Shown here: positions 46,657 through 56,285 of the stretch, in pieces
Layout of the letters: each line of letters begins with the position of its first letter
Position numbering within the stretch: the first letter of the stretch is position 1
Source: a virus
Taxonomy: Duplodnaviria; Caudoviricetes
Virus record (IMG/VR): IMGVR_UViG_3300034102_001739
Span: 741 to 64,740 of that record
Reading direction: 5' to 3' (one strand)
DNA: 64,000 nt
The notes under the pieces: model-generated
Database searches by the model: none
Seen by the model: the letters and a program-made list of their open reading frames with translations, nothing else
What the model was told of the DNA's origin: nothing
Position numbers and translations under genes: made by a program

Positions 46657-47709
46657 TTACTTTTTAAAAGTGTGGTTTGAAAATACTGCCCTTAACTCGT
46701 TCGCAAAAATCTCTTTGGAACGACTTCTAAAAAGAGCTATTGCCTCCGTACACATACCCAATCCTTGATAGTTTACATCTTTATAATCTTCCGCTCGTAG
46801 AGTAATCCATCCCACCACTCTATCTCCATCATAGATGTTATATAGGTATCCCTCCACATCCTTAGAACTTGTTGCTCTCTTTCCTAAGTTGATTACCTGA
46901 GCTCTTAGATGTATTCCTGTTGGGTATCTCTCTTTATACCTACGTACTGCCTCCTCCGCAAATTGCTCGTGGGTAGGTGTGACACCATCGCCTAAAAAGT
47001 TACTTGGTACATCTTGATGCCCAACTGTATTGAACATCCCTTGTAGAATACGAAATTTATAGACTATAACATCTTCTTTCTCCTCCTTACAAGTGTCCTC
47101 CTTTAGTTCTTCTCGTTTATTTAACACACAATCCTCTACCCAACCCTGTGCGTCTATTAGGGTAGCTTTTACTTTTTCCCTATTGACTGTATTTGGAGTA
47201 ACCTTTATGTAATGATTTACTGCTGCTTCTTCTAATGATTTATCTGGGCAATAATTTTCGTCTAAGATTCTTACAGTTACGGTTACATTTCTTATGTACT
47301 TACCCTCCTCTGTGATACGGTAAGTGTAATACCTAACATCTTTAAGTTCCTCCTCCGTAGGGTCTCTATGAAGTATTTCATACTTTATCTTCTCCTCGGT
47401 AGCATCTTCGATAACTACTTTGTCCCAATATTTCTCGTTGTAATAGTGGGCGTAGAACATGGCATTACACAGTACGTGCCCGATGTGGTGAAGTCCAGAC
47501 TCTTTATCAAATTCCTCTCCGTTATTTAGAGCTACTACGTGACGCATCATGGAATCCAATAACTCGTTTTGTGGTAAACCTTTCTTCCAATTATGTGCGC
47601 CGTATTTTTCTGCTCCAAACATGAGTACTTTCACCAACCACTCTAGTGCCGAGAATGAAACTAAACTCCATCTCAGTTTTCCTTTGTTGAATCTCTTTGC
47701 CTGTTCCAT
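46657..47709 (-). CDS. dATP/dGTP diphosphohydrolase N-terminal domain (DUF5664) fused to a C-terminal repeat region
   Basis: RFNKGKLRWSLV...FGAEKYGAHNWKKG...MRH...DKESGLHHIGHVLCNAMF in the first ~90 aa. Confidence 0.8.
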   Translation of the reverse strand: MEQAKRFNKGKLRWSLVSFSALEWLVKVLMFGAEKYGAHNWKKGLPQNELLDSMMRHVVALNNGEEFDKESGLHHIGHVLCNAMFYAHYYNEKYWDKVVIEDATEEKIKYEILHRDPTEEELKDVRYYTYRITEEGKYIRNVTVTVRILDENYCPDKSLEEAAVNHYIKVTPNTVNREKVKATLIDAQGWVEDCVLNKREELKEDTCKEEKEDVIVYKFRILQGMFNTVGHQDVPSNFLGDGVTPTHEQFAEEAVRRYKERYPTGIHLRAQVINLGKRATSSKDVEGYLYNIYDGDRVVGWITLRAEDYKDVNYQGLGMCTEAIALFRSRSKEIFANELRAVFSNHTFKK

Positions 47710-47711
47710 AG

Positions 47712-48059
47712 TTATAACGACATTATCATTTTTGACGCCATTTCTTTTTGTGTTTCGGAGGATATTTCCCCATTGAAACTAACTACCGCTACCCAATTTT
47801 TGTCCGTAGGGGTTATAGCCTCTACTACAAATTGATTTGCTTCTTCACCATTACTACTTACAAATTTTGGTGTACTGAATGAACCCTCTACTGCTTCGGC
47901 GAATAAATCATCTACCAAATTAATGTACTCCTCAAATACTTTTTCGGGAAGTCTGTTCTCGATCATTGATTCGATAGTATTTACTCTAGCTATACGAGTG
48001 TCTGTGTTGTAATCTTTCAAGTTCCTCTCTAGGAAACTCCACAATTTACTTTTTTCCAT
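47712..48059 (-). CDS. hypothetical protein
   Basis: 115 aa ORF. Confidence 0.65.
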   Translation of the reverse strand: MEKSKLWSFLERNLKDYNTDTRIARVNTIESMIENRLPEKVFEEYINLVDDLFAEAVEGSFSTPKFVSSNGEEANQFVVEAITPTDKNWVAVVSFNGEISSETQKEMASKMIMSL

Positions 48060-49629
48060 TTCTACTTTTTTTGTTGTGTACTAATACATTTTTCCAGCCC
48101 CTTACTTCGGCCACTCTTTGATTAAACTTTAGCCACACGTCTTCATCTAAAAATTCTACGTGTAGAGTACCTTTCTTATGCCCCTTTACTCTGAAGAACC
48201 CCCACTCTACCCATTGTCCCCACGAATTATCTATTTCTAGTAACTCATAAAGTGTTTCCTCCGAATTTAGTTTCTGTACTTTATCCAGTATGTAATTTTT
48301 ACTATTGCCGTAGAAATCATACCCTGACAATATCTCATTTGTGTGGATATTTCTCACATGGTACTTGTATTCCACGAAAGAGGTCATCGAGGGGATACTC
48401 TCATACCTAGTTCCAGTTAACTGACACAATGCTTTCACAATGTCATCCATTACTCCATGTAGTCTTCCACCAACTTCAAATCTTATCGCATTATCTCTGT
48501 AATAAGATTCCCATCTGCAAACACTTGGAAGTATGAATTTTTTGTTTACCGTGAAATCTGTATTGGTCTTCCAACCCTCTCCCGCCGAACTATTTTCTTT
48601 AGATAAAGAACAGATTAAATCGAATGCCTCTACGATAACTTTATCCATTCTCCCACTGTGTGTTCCGGCTATGGTATAAATCATTTTGTAAACATTCCTA
48701 ACGGTAAAGGGGACTACTTCCTGTCTCTCGACGAATTTATTTATCTGCTCTCTAACTCCCCTAGTAAGGAATTTCTCCATATCCATTTTACTGAACAAAG
48801 TATTCCATGCTTCCTTACGGAGGGTTTTCTTGAACATTCCTCTTTCGATTCGTTGGAGGTCTCCCCTATCACCCTTGTACATTACTCCACAAGAAACTCT
48901 CGAATGTGGATTGATACCCATTACGATATTTCTCATGTTATCGCTGAGGGCTGCCACTTCATCGAATTTACTTACTGCTTCTACATACCTAGATACTATA
49001 TCTTGTACGAAATCGTATTTTACAATCCCCGATTTTTCAATAGTGTCTTGTTCGTAGTCGTGTAAATCGAAGTAACCTGTGAACTCATCTTCATCAGTAC
49101 CCTCTTTGGTTAGGTAAACGCAACCAACATCTACTAGTGTACCCACTTCTGCGTTTTTGAAACACTCACCGAAGTCTTCTGTACGTCCATGTAGGTTGAT
49201 TAACTCTTTTAGGTACTCTCTCTTCTTGCTCCACGAATTTTTGTACATTGTAGCGTTACACAGACAGATTATAGTACATCCGACTGGAGCTATATCCCAT
49301 GCGTGGCTCAAATGTTCTTCCTGTTTAGAAAACGGAGGATTCATTACGATTAAATCCACATGCGATACTCTATCCCTAGTTAGATCTAGGAAATCGCTTT
49401 CTATGACAAAGTATTTCCCATCTAATAACTGACGTAATCTATCTGAAATTTCGCATACGATTACCTCTGCGCCATTTTCTTTACAGAAATCGGCCATGTT
49501 ACCGAAACCTGCTGAGGGTTCTAATACAGTCTTCCCTTGAAGTTCCACGTCCAACAACATATCCTCTATTACGAACCTAGGTGTTGGGTATAGTTCAAAA
49601 TTAGAAAACTCCCAAATTTCTTTTCCCAT
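48046..49629 (-). CDS. SAM-dependent amino-DNA methyltransferase with DUF4942 domain
   Basis: YPTP, VLEPSAGFG motif I, IVMNPPF motif IV; C-terminal WGFFRVKGHKKGTLHVEF. Confidence 0.85.
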   Translation of the reverse strand: MGKEIWEFSNFELYPTPRFVIEDMLLDVELQGKTVLEPSAGFGNMADFCKENGAEVIVCEISDRLRQLLDGKYFVIESDFLDLTRDRVSHVDLIVMNPPFSKQEEHLSHAWDIAPVGCTIICLCNATMYKNSWSKKREYLKELINLHGRTEDFGECFKNAEVGTLVDVGCVYLTKEGTDEDEFTGYFDLHDYEQDTIEKSGIVKYDFVQDIVSRYVEAVSKFDEVAALSDNMRNIVMGINPHSRVSCGVMYKGDRGDLQRIERGMFKKTLRKEAWNTLFSKMDMEKFLTRGVREQINKFVERQEVVPFTVRNVYKMIYTIAGTHSGRMDKVIVEAFDLICSLSKENSSAGEGWKTNTDFTVNKKFILPSVCRWESYYRDNAIRFEVGGRLHGVMDDIVKALCQLTGTRYESIPSMTSFVEYKYHVRNIHTNEILSGYDFYGNSKNYILDKVQKLNSEETLYELLEIDNSWGQWVEWGFFRVKGHKKGTLHVEFLDEDVWLKFNQRVAEVRGWKNVLVHNKKSRNGKK

Positions 49630-49630
49630 A

Positions 49631-49801
49631 CTACAAGTATTTATTGGCGCAAAATATCGCCCAAATTAAGGTAAACCCCATGAAGTGAACTGTCTCGTCA
49701 CTCTCATTCCAAATAGACACAGTCTCGAATAATGGTAGGGCTAATGATAGTCCTAAAAGAAATAGGACTACTGTACTAAGTAAAGCTCTTTTTTTGTTCA
49801 T
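49631..49801 (-). CDS. 56-aa membrane peptide (not in ORF track)
   Basis: MNKKRALLSTVVLFLLGLSLALPLF...FMGFTLIWAIFCA; fills the gap. Confidence 0.6.
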   Translation of the reverse strand: MNKKRALLSTVVLFLLGLSLALPLFETVSIWNESDETVHFMGFTLIWAIFCANKYL

Positions 49802-49803
49802 GG

Positions 49804-50283
49804 TTAGTATAGGTTTTTATAGTCTTTTCTTAGGTCGACTTGGGTTAATTTTATAGTCCTTTCTAGGGTTCTTGTCATTACACTATCCTTGGTGTCACTT
49901 ATGGAGAAACTGGCTGTCATTGTTAGAGTGACACGCTTAAATTCTTCCCTATTGTATAAAACGACTAACACGGAATCTATTTGGTACTGTGTCATATTCT
50001 TATAGGAAATATCCTTAGCTAGGTATGCCCCTCTGAAGTTGGATGAAGGTGCTGCCAAAAGCACCCTTCGTGGCATACCATCTACATACACCATATAAAG
50101 GGTGTCCAACCTGTAACTCAATAGGTAATTACATTTGTAACTCCTTTGAGCTATTATGGAATCTTGACTAGTCATTACAACTCCAGCGTCTTTTAACGCC
50201 TTTTTTAGTTGTTCTTCGTTTTGGTTTTCGCAAGCCGATAATGTTACTACGGCTAAAATTAGAAATAAAATTGTCTTTTTCAT
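49804..50283 (-). CDS. lipoprotein
   Basis: MKKTILFLILAVVTLSA-C lipobox followed by ENQNEE. Confidence 0.8.
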   Translation of the reverse strand: MKKTILFLILAVVTLSACENQNEEQLKKALKDAGVVMTSQDSIIAQRSYKCNYLLSYRLDTLYMVYVDGMPRRVLLAAPSSNFRGAYLAKDISYKNMTQYQIDSVLVVLYNREEFKRVTLTMTASFSISDTKDSVMTRTLERTIKLTQVDLRKDYKNLY

Positions 50284-50286
50284 AAT

Positions 50287-50550
50287 TTAATTTTTATTGG
50301 TGAATAATACCCAGTCATAGAAAGGGGATAAATGACCTCCCTCTACAATTGAATTTGGTGATAAATCTTTTTTTGCGTTGTATTCTAACTCTGGTTTGTA
50401 TATCCTTATTGTTAGGTTTCCTTTTACGTAGTCCGTATAGTGCTCACTTTCTTTCCGAGACTTTTCGGCCCATAAAAGCCAAAATAAAACACCCACAACC
50501 CCTACCACCATGATGTTAGTAATTACTAGGGCTATTAATACTGTTCCCAT
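50287..50550 (-). CDS. membrane protein
   Basis: MGTVLIALVITNIMVVGVVGVLFWLLW TM segment; start moved to the internal ATG. Confidence 0.55.
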   Translation of the reverse strand: MGTVLIALVITNIMVVGVVGVLFWLLWAEKSRKESEHYTDYVKGNLTIRIYKPELEYNAKKDLSPNSIVEGGHLSPFYDWVLFTNKN

Positions 50551-50807
50551 AATTCCAATACTTTTTCTATGTTTAACGATTTTCCGGTACTCATTGCTGA
50601 ATCCATGAAATGAACTACACACTCTTCCAATTCTTTACGGAACGGTTTATCTGAATAGTAATTTGCTCCATAAGAAAAGGCTTCCCTTACAGAAGCCCTT
50701 AACGTTATTTTCCTACCCGTTTTTACTAAACTAAAACTAAACGCTGCGTCAAATACTTCTGCTCTTATCTCGTCTTTGAATAGTAAATCCCAATACGTTA
50801 TCCACAC
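50535..50807 (-). CDS. hypothetical protein
   Basis: 90 aa ORF. Confidence 0.6.
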   Translation of the reverse strand: MWITYWDLLFKDEIRAEVFDAAFSFSLVKTGRKITLRASVREAFSYGANYYSDKPFRKELEECVVHFMDSAMSTGKSLNIEKVLELWEQY

Positions 50808-50808
50808 G

Positions 50809-51468
50809 CTACATTCTTATTAATTGTAGGAACTCGTTTCTCAAACTTCCCTCGAAAAACTGTCCTCCTAGTTTTGAGGATACCGTGTCACTATTTACAT
50901 CCTCTACACCTCTTAACTGTACGCAAGCATGCTTTGCTCTGACTAGAACCGCTACGTTATCTGTACCCAATAAATGAGTCAATGCGTAGTAGATTTGTTC
51001 GACCATTCTCTCTTGTACTTGGGGTCTTCTAGCGAAAAATTCTACGACACGATTTAGTTTCGAGAGCCCAATTATTTTTTGGTCCGGAATGTACGCTACA
51101 AATGCCTCACCAAAGATTGGGACAAAATGGTGCTCACACATTGAAGCCACCTTAATGTTTCTCTCCAGTAACACATTGGAGTATCCCATCTTATTTTCTA
51201 TGGTAGTTATCTTTGGGAAATTGTTGTAATCTAAGCCCCAAAATACTTCTTGTGTAAACATTTTTGCCACTCTCCGTGGAGTTCCACTTAACGAATCATC
51301 AGTTAGTGGAAGACCTAACGCCATCATAATACCTCTGAAGTGGTTTTCAATCACTGGAGCATTAGCCTCTAGGTTTACGGAAGTCTCTGTAACTTCTACT
51401 CCCTTTCCTACTAAGACATCTCTAATCTCTCTTCCTAAACTTCCGTCTAGTTTACTTTTATCTAACAT
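50809..51468 (-). CDS. folE: GTP cyclohydrolase I
   Basis: TPRRVAKM, SMCEHHFVP, IGLSKLNR, RRPQVQER, HACVQLRGV. Confidence 0.95.
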   Translation of the reverse strand: MLDKSKLDGSLGREIRDVLVGKGVEVTETSVNLEANAPVIENHFRGIMMALGLPLTDDSLSGTPRRVAKMFTQEVFWGLDYNNFPKITTIENKMGYSNVLLERNIKVASMCEHHFVPIFGEAFVAYIPDQKIIGLSKLNRVVEFFARRPQVQERMVEQIYYALTHLLGTDNVAVLVRAKHACVQLRGVEDVNSDTVSSKLGGQFFEGSLRNEFLQLIRM

Positions 51469-51471
51469 AAA

Positions 51472-51987
51472 TTAATTTGTTTTGTCCAAAAATCCTTTTA
51501 CTTCTACGAGAAACCTCTCCATCATTTCATCTGAATTGTCTGCGAAAGTCTCTCTGTATGACATACTAGTAGAACCTCCCATAAATTCTACGTGTTTTTT
51601 TGCCTCTTTGCCCAATTTTATAATTTGGTCGTACATACTAACTCTGACATCGGGGGAGTACTTTTTGACTACCTCGTTTACGTTCATGCTTAGTAGCTCT
51701 ATCCAATCAGACAACATGGGAATAGCATTTACCCATAAGATACATTTATCTCTGTCTTCGGGTGACATCTTTGACAATGTTTCTCCGAGATTTGTTTTCT
51801 CCTCTACTAATGTAGATTCTAACCCCTGCCTAAGAACGTCCATCCTTTTTGATACTTCCGCTTTTGTTTGGGTAGCCTGTACAAACATCCCTTTGCTAGT
51901 TTCTCTCTTGTACTGACTTACCAAAGCTACTAGAATTGCATCTTTACTGAAAAGCTCGTTTAGTTGATCTTGTAAAAGTTGTTCCAT
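51472..51987 (-). CDS. hypothetical helical protein
   Basis: 171 aa ORF. Confidence 0.7.
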   Translation of the reverse strand: MEQLLQDQLNELFSKDAILVALVSQYKRETSKGMFVQATQTKAEVSKRMDVLRQGLESTLVEEKTNLGETLSKMSPEDRDKCILWVNAIPMLSDWIELLSMNVNEVVKKYSPDVRVSMYDQIIKLGKEAKKHVEFMGGSTSMSYRETFADNSDEMMERFLVEVKGFLDKTN

Positions 51988-51988
51988 A

Positions 51989-52357
51989 TTAAATCTTAAT
52001 TGTTACTATTGATATATCTATCTTACTTCTTTTTATGGTTGACTCTATTGTATAGGCTGCTTCGTCAGATAGGGAAATTAATTTCCGGAAACTATTTGGT
52101 CTGAGGGCTACTGTAAACGTATCGAAGTCTTGTACGTATAACTCCGGGTAGTCCCCAAAGTCCTGTTCGGAAAACATACTACAAAATTCTGTGATTGTCT
52201 CCTTTAAATTACCCTCCCTAATTAGTATCTCTCCATCTAAGTTGTCTAAGGGTATTTTAGAGTCCTTGCAAAAATTGTACTCTTTTTCACCGTACCCTCT
52301 AACTAACAACCGTATATTTTCACCCAGTATAAATGGGAGTAACTCTACTTGTAACAT
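51989..52357 (-). CDS. hypothetical protein
   Basis: 122 aa, first gene after promoter cassette copy 2. Confidence 0.65.
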   Translation of the reverse strand: MLQVELLPFILGENIRLLVRGYGEKEYNFCKDSKIPLDNLDGEILIREGNLKETITEFCSMFSEQDFGDYPELYVQDFDTFTVALRPNSFRKLISLSDEAAYTIESTIKRSKIDISIVTIKI

Positions 52358-52380
52358 ATTGTGTACTATTTTGAAGTTGT

Positions 52381-52436
52381 TTAAATATACGAAAAGTTTT
52401 TGAAACTTCCAAATAGTTTGTTTTGAGCTACTTACA
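52381..52436 (-). promoter_or_regulatory. conserved 56-bp promoter cassette, copy 2
   Basis: TTTG-N20-TATATTTA; near-identical to 6670..6725. Confidence 0.75.
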
Positions 52437-53085
52437 GTCTATTGAGCATCTGTATAAGGTCTGGGTCGGGGTATAAGTCGGATTTATCTGCTCTAAATGA
52501 GGTATGACTAAAGATACCTGCAGTTCCCTCTAAGGCATCCATACGTACTCCAAAGTTTCCATCCTTTATCCCGTAACTAGGAATCTTGTAGTATGACATT
52601 AATTCCTTTAGTAGTTCCTCTAAGGCTGCTATTTGTTTAGCTGAATACTTTTGAAAATACTCGTAACCTCTGTGTGGGATATTTACTACTTCCAAATCCT
52701 CCGCAATTAATTTCCCATAGGCATTTACGTAGTTTCCTTTTACGTCACAAGTTAAACCACCCCAAGCATCTAATTCTATTGCTATGGATTGTTTGTTCAG
52801 TATTTGGTTTTGTTGTCCGAAATTTTTTATGCCTTTACTGCGGAGAAATTCGGCTTTAACGCCTAAGTGGTTAGCCCAGCAATTTGAGGGGAATGTCTTG
52901 GTAATAGTTCCGTCATAACCTATGATGTACGGAGTGGCTATGTGGTTAGGGTTTGTCCTGTAAGAATTTACATCTCCACTAGGACTCTTGGGGTCTGATA
53001 CTGAATGGTGAAGTGCAATCTGTGTCTTCTCACAAATCTCGTTATAGAACTTGTCTGCAGGTAATGTCATGCTTACTATCTTCAT
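52432..53085 (-). CDS. endolysin, N-acetylmuramoyl-L-alanine amidase (Amidase_2)
   Basis: IALHHS, YIIGYDG, WANHLG, SIAIEL, SHTSFRADKSDLYP. Confidence 0.88.
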   Translation of the reverse strand: MKIVSMTLPADKFYNEICEKTQIALHHSVSDPKSPSGDVNSYRTNPNHIATPYIIGYDGTITKTFPSNCWANHLGVKAEFLRSKGIKNFGQQNQILNKQSIAIELDAWGGLTCDVKGNYVNAYGKLIAEDLEVVNIPHRGYEYFQKYSAKQIAALEELLKELMSYYKIPSYGIKDGNFGVRMDALEGTAGIFSHTSFRADKSDLYPDPDLIQMLNRL

Positions 53086-53345
53086 ACTTCCTCCTTACTG
53101 ATAGGTTTTTCCTCCACCGAAAATTTTGTAGTTCCGGCTATTCCTACACAGATGGCTATTCCATATCCGAGAATTTCCATTACATTAGTAGGCAACCCTA
53201 GAGATAAAGTTTTATCTGCCACGATTACTGCTGTTAGGGAGCCTCCTATTGAGAAAGCCAGTTTTCTTAACCCTTTCATAAACTCTGACTCCAAGGATTT
53301 ATACCTCTCCTTTAGAGTTAACTTTGGTGTTTTCTTCGTCTCCAT
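53082..53345 (-). CDS. holin/antiholin-like two-TM protein
   Basis: Two hydrophobic segments, charged termini, adjacent to the endolysin. Confidence 0.6.
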   Translation of the reverse strand: METKKTPKLTLKERYKSLESEFMKGLRKLAFSIGGSLTAVIVADKTLSLGLPTNVMEILGYGIAICVGIAGTTKFSVEEKPISKEEV

Positions 53346-53865
53346 CTTTTAGTTCTTCGTTTAAATTAATACCTAACTTTTTTTCTATCTCCGTGGATAA
53401 CTGCTTCTTTAGAAGTCTTACCACTGGAAAATTCGGTTTTATAATAAGGATATGCCCTAGTATAGACCATACCTCTGATACTACTAATAACGATGCTGTC
53501 AATCTTGTTACGTACCCTGTTGTTTTAAACAGTACTGATTCAGCCATTGCCATCATAGTAAATATGGTTAAGTAAATAGCTATTTTCATGGGTGTTTTTG
53601 CCAGTAGTACACTGACTGTAAATTTTCCGTTTTTGTAGGAAGTTATAGATCCGAATACCAAATCGAATAGTATCGCTATTAAAATGTAATGTGCGAGAAT
53701 CATTTCCTCACCTATAAACGTAGAAAGAAAGGTCATAAACGCTAACCATCTACCGCCTACGCCTTTTATTGCCGAGAATAACTTACTGCCTAATCCGGGC
53801 AACACACTACTTAGTTCTCTTACTACTTCCATATTCAAATTTTCCATTATATCTACTCTCTCCAA
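53299..53865 (-). CDS. holin (phage holin 4-like)
   Basis: ILFDLVFG..., K...Y, SEVWSILG pattern with 3-4 TM helices. Confidence 0.75.
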   Translation of the reverse strand: MERVDIMENLNMEVVRELSSVLPGLGSKLFSAIKGVGGRWLAFMTFLSTFIGEEMILAHYILIAILFDLVFGSITSYKNGKFTVSVLLAKTPMKIAIYLTIFTMMAMAESVLFKTTGYVTRLTASLLVVSEVWSILGHILIIKPNFPVVRLLKKQLSTEIEKKLGINLNEELKDGDEENTKVNSKGEV

Positions 53866-54160
53866 ACCAGCTTACTCCCATATAATATACTAACGCTAAT
53901 TGAAACCTATCTGTTTTTAATTGTTTATAAAATAATTTATCTGCTAATTTTCTGTCTATTGGTGTGTACTCATAGAAAAAATCGTGAATGAGACTTGCCG
54001 TATAAGTTCTCTTAGTGTTTACCGCATACGTACATCCGTCCCATTTATAACCCTCCTTTATGAATAACCATCCACTGTCTATGAAGCCAGATTCACAACT
54101 GAATTGTACTCCTTTTAGTTCCTCAAAATACCCAATGAAATTTTTCTGAAGAACGTACAT
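53807..54160 (-). CDS. DUF1353-like protein
   Basis: GYKWDGCT...ASLIHDFFY...RKLADKLF...YYMGVSWFG. Confidence 0.75.
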   Translation of the reverse strand: MYVLQKNFIGYFEELKGVQFSCESGFIDSGWLFIKEGYKWDGCTYAVNTKRTYTASLIHDFFYEYTPIDRKLADKLFYKQLKTDRFQLALVYYMGVSWFGESRYNGKFEYGSSKRTK

Positions 54161-54161
54161 A

Positions 54162-54578
54162 CTACCTCCTTACTATTAAAGCGTCTAAACTTCTAAGTAG
54201 GTTCTCTGTATCCGTTGGACTCATTAGTGGGTTTACGAAATCTTCGAACCACATGATTAGCCCACAATCTGTCTTGTGATTTGGTAAATGGTAACAGTAC
54301 TCCATTAAAGGTCTCAAACTTGCTGTCATAGCTATCTTAGTAACCGAAGCATCAGGTAAAAATACGAAAATACCCCTAGTCTCGTAGGGAAAAGTTACCG
54401 AGAAACAAGCCTCACGTCCAGTGCTAGATAACGGAGTCACATTGTAAGCCTCGATAGCTTCCTGTAAGTTTTCAAATTCGTCCCAAGTATCACTTACTGC
54501 CTCTGCTGACAGAACATTGAACAAATCTCCATTACTGTTTTTATATATTCCGGGTTCGCTAATTAATTTAAAGTACAT
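54162..54578 (-). CDS. hypothetical protein, possible fiber chaperone
   Basis: 138 aa directly after the fiber gene; WDEFENLQEAIEAY. Confidence 0.5.
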   Translation of the reverse strand: MYFKLISEPGIYKNSNGDLFNVLSAEAVSDTWDEFENLQEAIEAYNVTPLSSTGREACFSVTFPYETRGIFVFLPDASVTKIAMTASLRPLMEYCYHLPNHKTDCGLIMWFEDFVNPLMSPTDTENLLRSLDALIVRR

Positions 54579-54584
54579 AGTATT

Positions 54585-56282
54585 TTATTGTGTTACGGTG
54601 AAACCTTTATGAATAACGATAGACCTATCTAAATTTGAAGCCACTACTGTTACACTGCCATTTCCTTTACAATGAGCATCTAAAGTTATAGAAGTATTCG
54701 GAACAATAGAAATTATCTTCGGAACTGTCCTCATTGTAGCTGTGCCATTACTTACTAAATCTATGATAGCCCCGTCAGAAGTTAAAGATATTTGGAACGT
54801 GTTGTTAGTGCTGTTTCTAACATAGTATGGTGTATTAATAGTGATTCCTGTAGTTCCAGTTATAGCCGAAAATGATATTATCTTTCCATCTACCAAATCG
54901 TGATTGTTTTCAGTTACTATATCGTTAGTATCCGTCAAAGTTACAGTGTGTAATCCTACAACATTAGTCCCTGTACAAGTCATACCTACTGATAATCCTG
55001 TTGTGTTGGTAACTGCTACTACTGTGGAGTTCATAGAGATTGTCATGCTCCTTGAAATGTAGTCACTACCTGTGGAGTTTGTTACATTTATTACTTTTCC
55101 CGATGGCAACCCTGTAGGGATGTCTGAAAATACGGTCTCTAATGCCAGTTTTGGAAATAAAGCATAACTCAAATTAAGTTGTGGAGAACCCCCATCAAAC
55201 GTACTTAGTTGGTTCATTAGTCTTAGTCCCGTAATTCTACTTTTGGCTGATGGATAGGATTGACCATTACAGCCAAATGAAGCCAAACGTCCTATCAATG
55301 TAAGTGTCTGTCCTGCTAGCATCATCTCACAGTATTGGAATATGGATTGCGCATTCACTTGGTTGCTTGAATTTAACATTGCTGTAACCCTGTCCGCATC
55401 GGCTGTAGCTTGAGTACACAAATGCATAAACTCAATAGCTGATGAAATGTTGGACGATGCTTCAGTAGGTAAACCTACATACTCTAGCGAGGGATTATTC
55501 CTTAACATCCTATCTACGACATTAGCCCCTCCCCATGAAGTAGGAAGTATCAAACGGCGTAGTTTCTTTCCATCCGCAAACATATAGTGGGCTGTAAAAG
55601 AAGAAGCTGTACCGAAACTTTCTAATGTGAAATCCACCATACCCGTGTTCTGGAAAGCGTTGTCCCAATTTGTAACGGGGCCGATTTGTGACCCTATGTT
55701 TACAAACTGTAAATCAGGACAGTCCCTACAAAACCCCCAAGCAGATGTTATGTTTAACAAGGTAGCTCCTTGAGAGCACATATTCAGTTTCCTTAACCAA
55801 GGAAATATGGTGTATGGGAAGCTGTCGCCATAAGTTGTCCAGTTAATGTCTATCAGAGTATTTACACCGCTCTCTATCCATAAAATTGGACTGACTTGTG
55901 CTGCTCCAAAATCTCCACTTCTTCCTGCTCGATGTTTCTGTATGTTTTGAGTTGCTCCGTAAATCTTTACGATGAAAGTAGTATAACCTTCTACGCAAGG
56001 TCTTCCCGAACCTTTCACATATTGCTTACTGAAAGTTACGAATGAAGTTCCTGTAGCTGTGTACTGTACATGAGGTTCTCCTGTACCGTAATCTACCATA
56101 AATGTCCCTGCTCCTGCTAAGGACACTTTATATGAGAACTCGTTCGACATATCGCCTACAAGCATAACAATTTCGTTTATGCCTGCAGTATTTGATATGT
56201 TGGGCCAGTCAGACACAATGGCAGAACCATCACCTGTAGCTCCGCCTTTGTTTTTATAGTTTATGAATTTTCCTACTCCCAT
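54585..56282 (-). CDS. receptor-binding/tail fiber protein with BspA/DUF285-like LRR solenoid
   Basis: VDYGTG Ig-like start; repeats such as NAFQNT, YMFADGKKL, RMLRNNPSL, SIFQYC; C-terminal NHDLVDG...YYVRN..NNTFQIS module. Confidence 0.65.
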   Translation of the reverse strand: MGVGKFINYKNKGGATGDGSAIVSDWPNISNTAGINEIVMLVGDMSNEFSYKVSLAGAGTFMVDYGTGEPHVQYTATGTSFVTFSKQYVKGSGRPCVEGYTTFIVKIYGATQNIQKHRAGRSGDFGAAQVSPILWIESGVNTLIDINWTTYGDSFPYTIFPWLRKLNMCSQGATLLNITSAWGFCRDCPDLQFVNIGSQIGPVTNWDNAFQNTGMVDFTLESFGTASSFTAHYMFADGKKLRRLILPTSWGGANVVDRMLRNNPSLEYVGLPTEASSNISSAIEFMHLCTQATADADRVTAMLNSSNQVNAQSIFQYCEMMLAGQTLTLIGRLASFGCNGQSYPSAKSRITGLRLMNQLSTFDGGSPQLNLSYALFPKLALETVFSDIPTGLPSGKVINVTNSTGSDYISRSMTISMNSTVVAVTNTTGLSVGMTCTGTNVVGLHTVTLTDTNDIVTENNHDLVDGKIISFSAITGTTGITINTPYYVRNSTNNTFQISLTSDGAIIDLVSNGTATMRTVPKIISIVPNTSITLDAHCKGNGSVTVVASNLDRSIVIHKGFTVTQ

Positions 56283-56285
56283 ATC

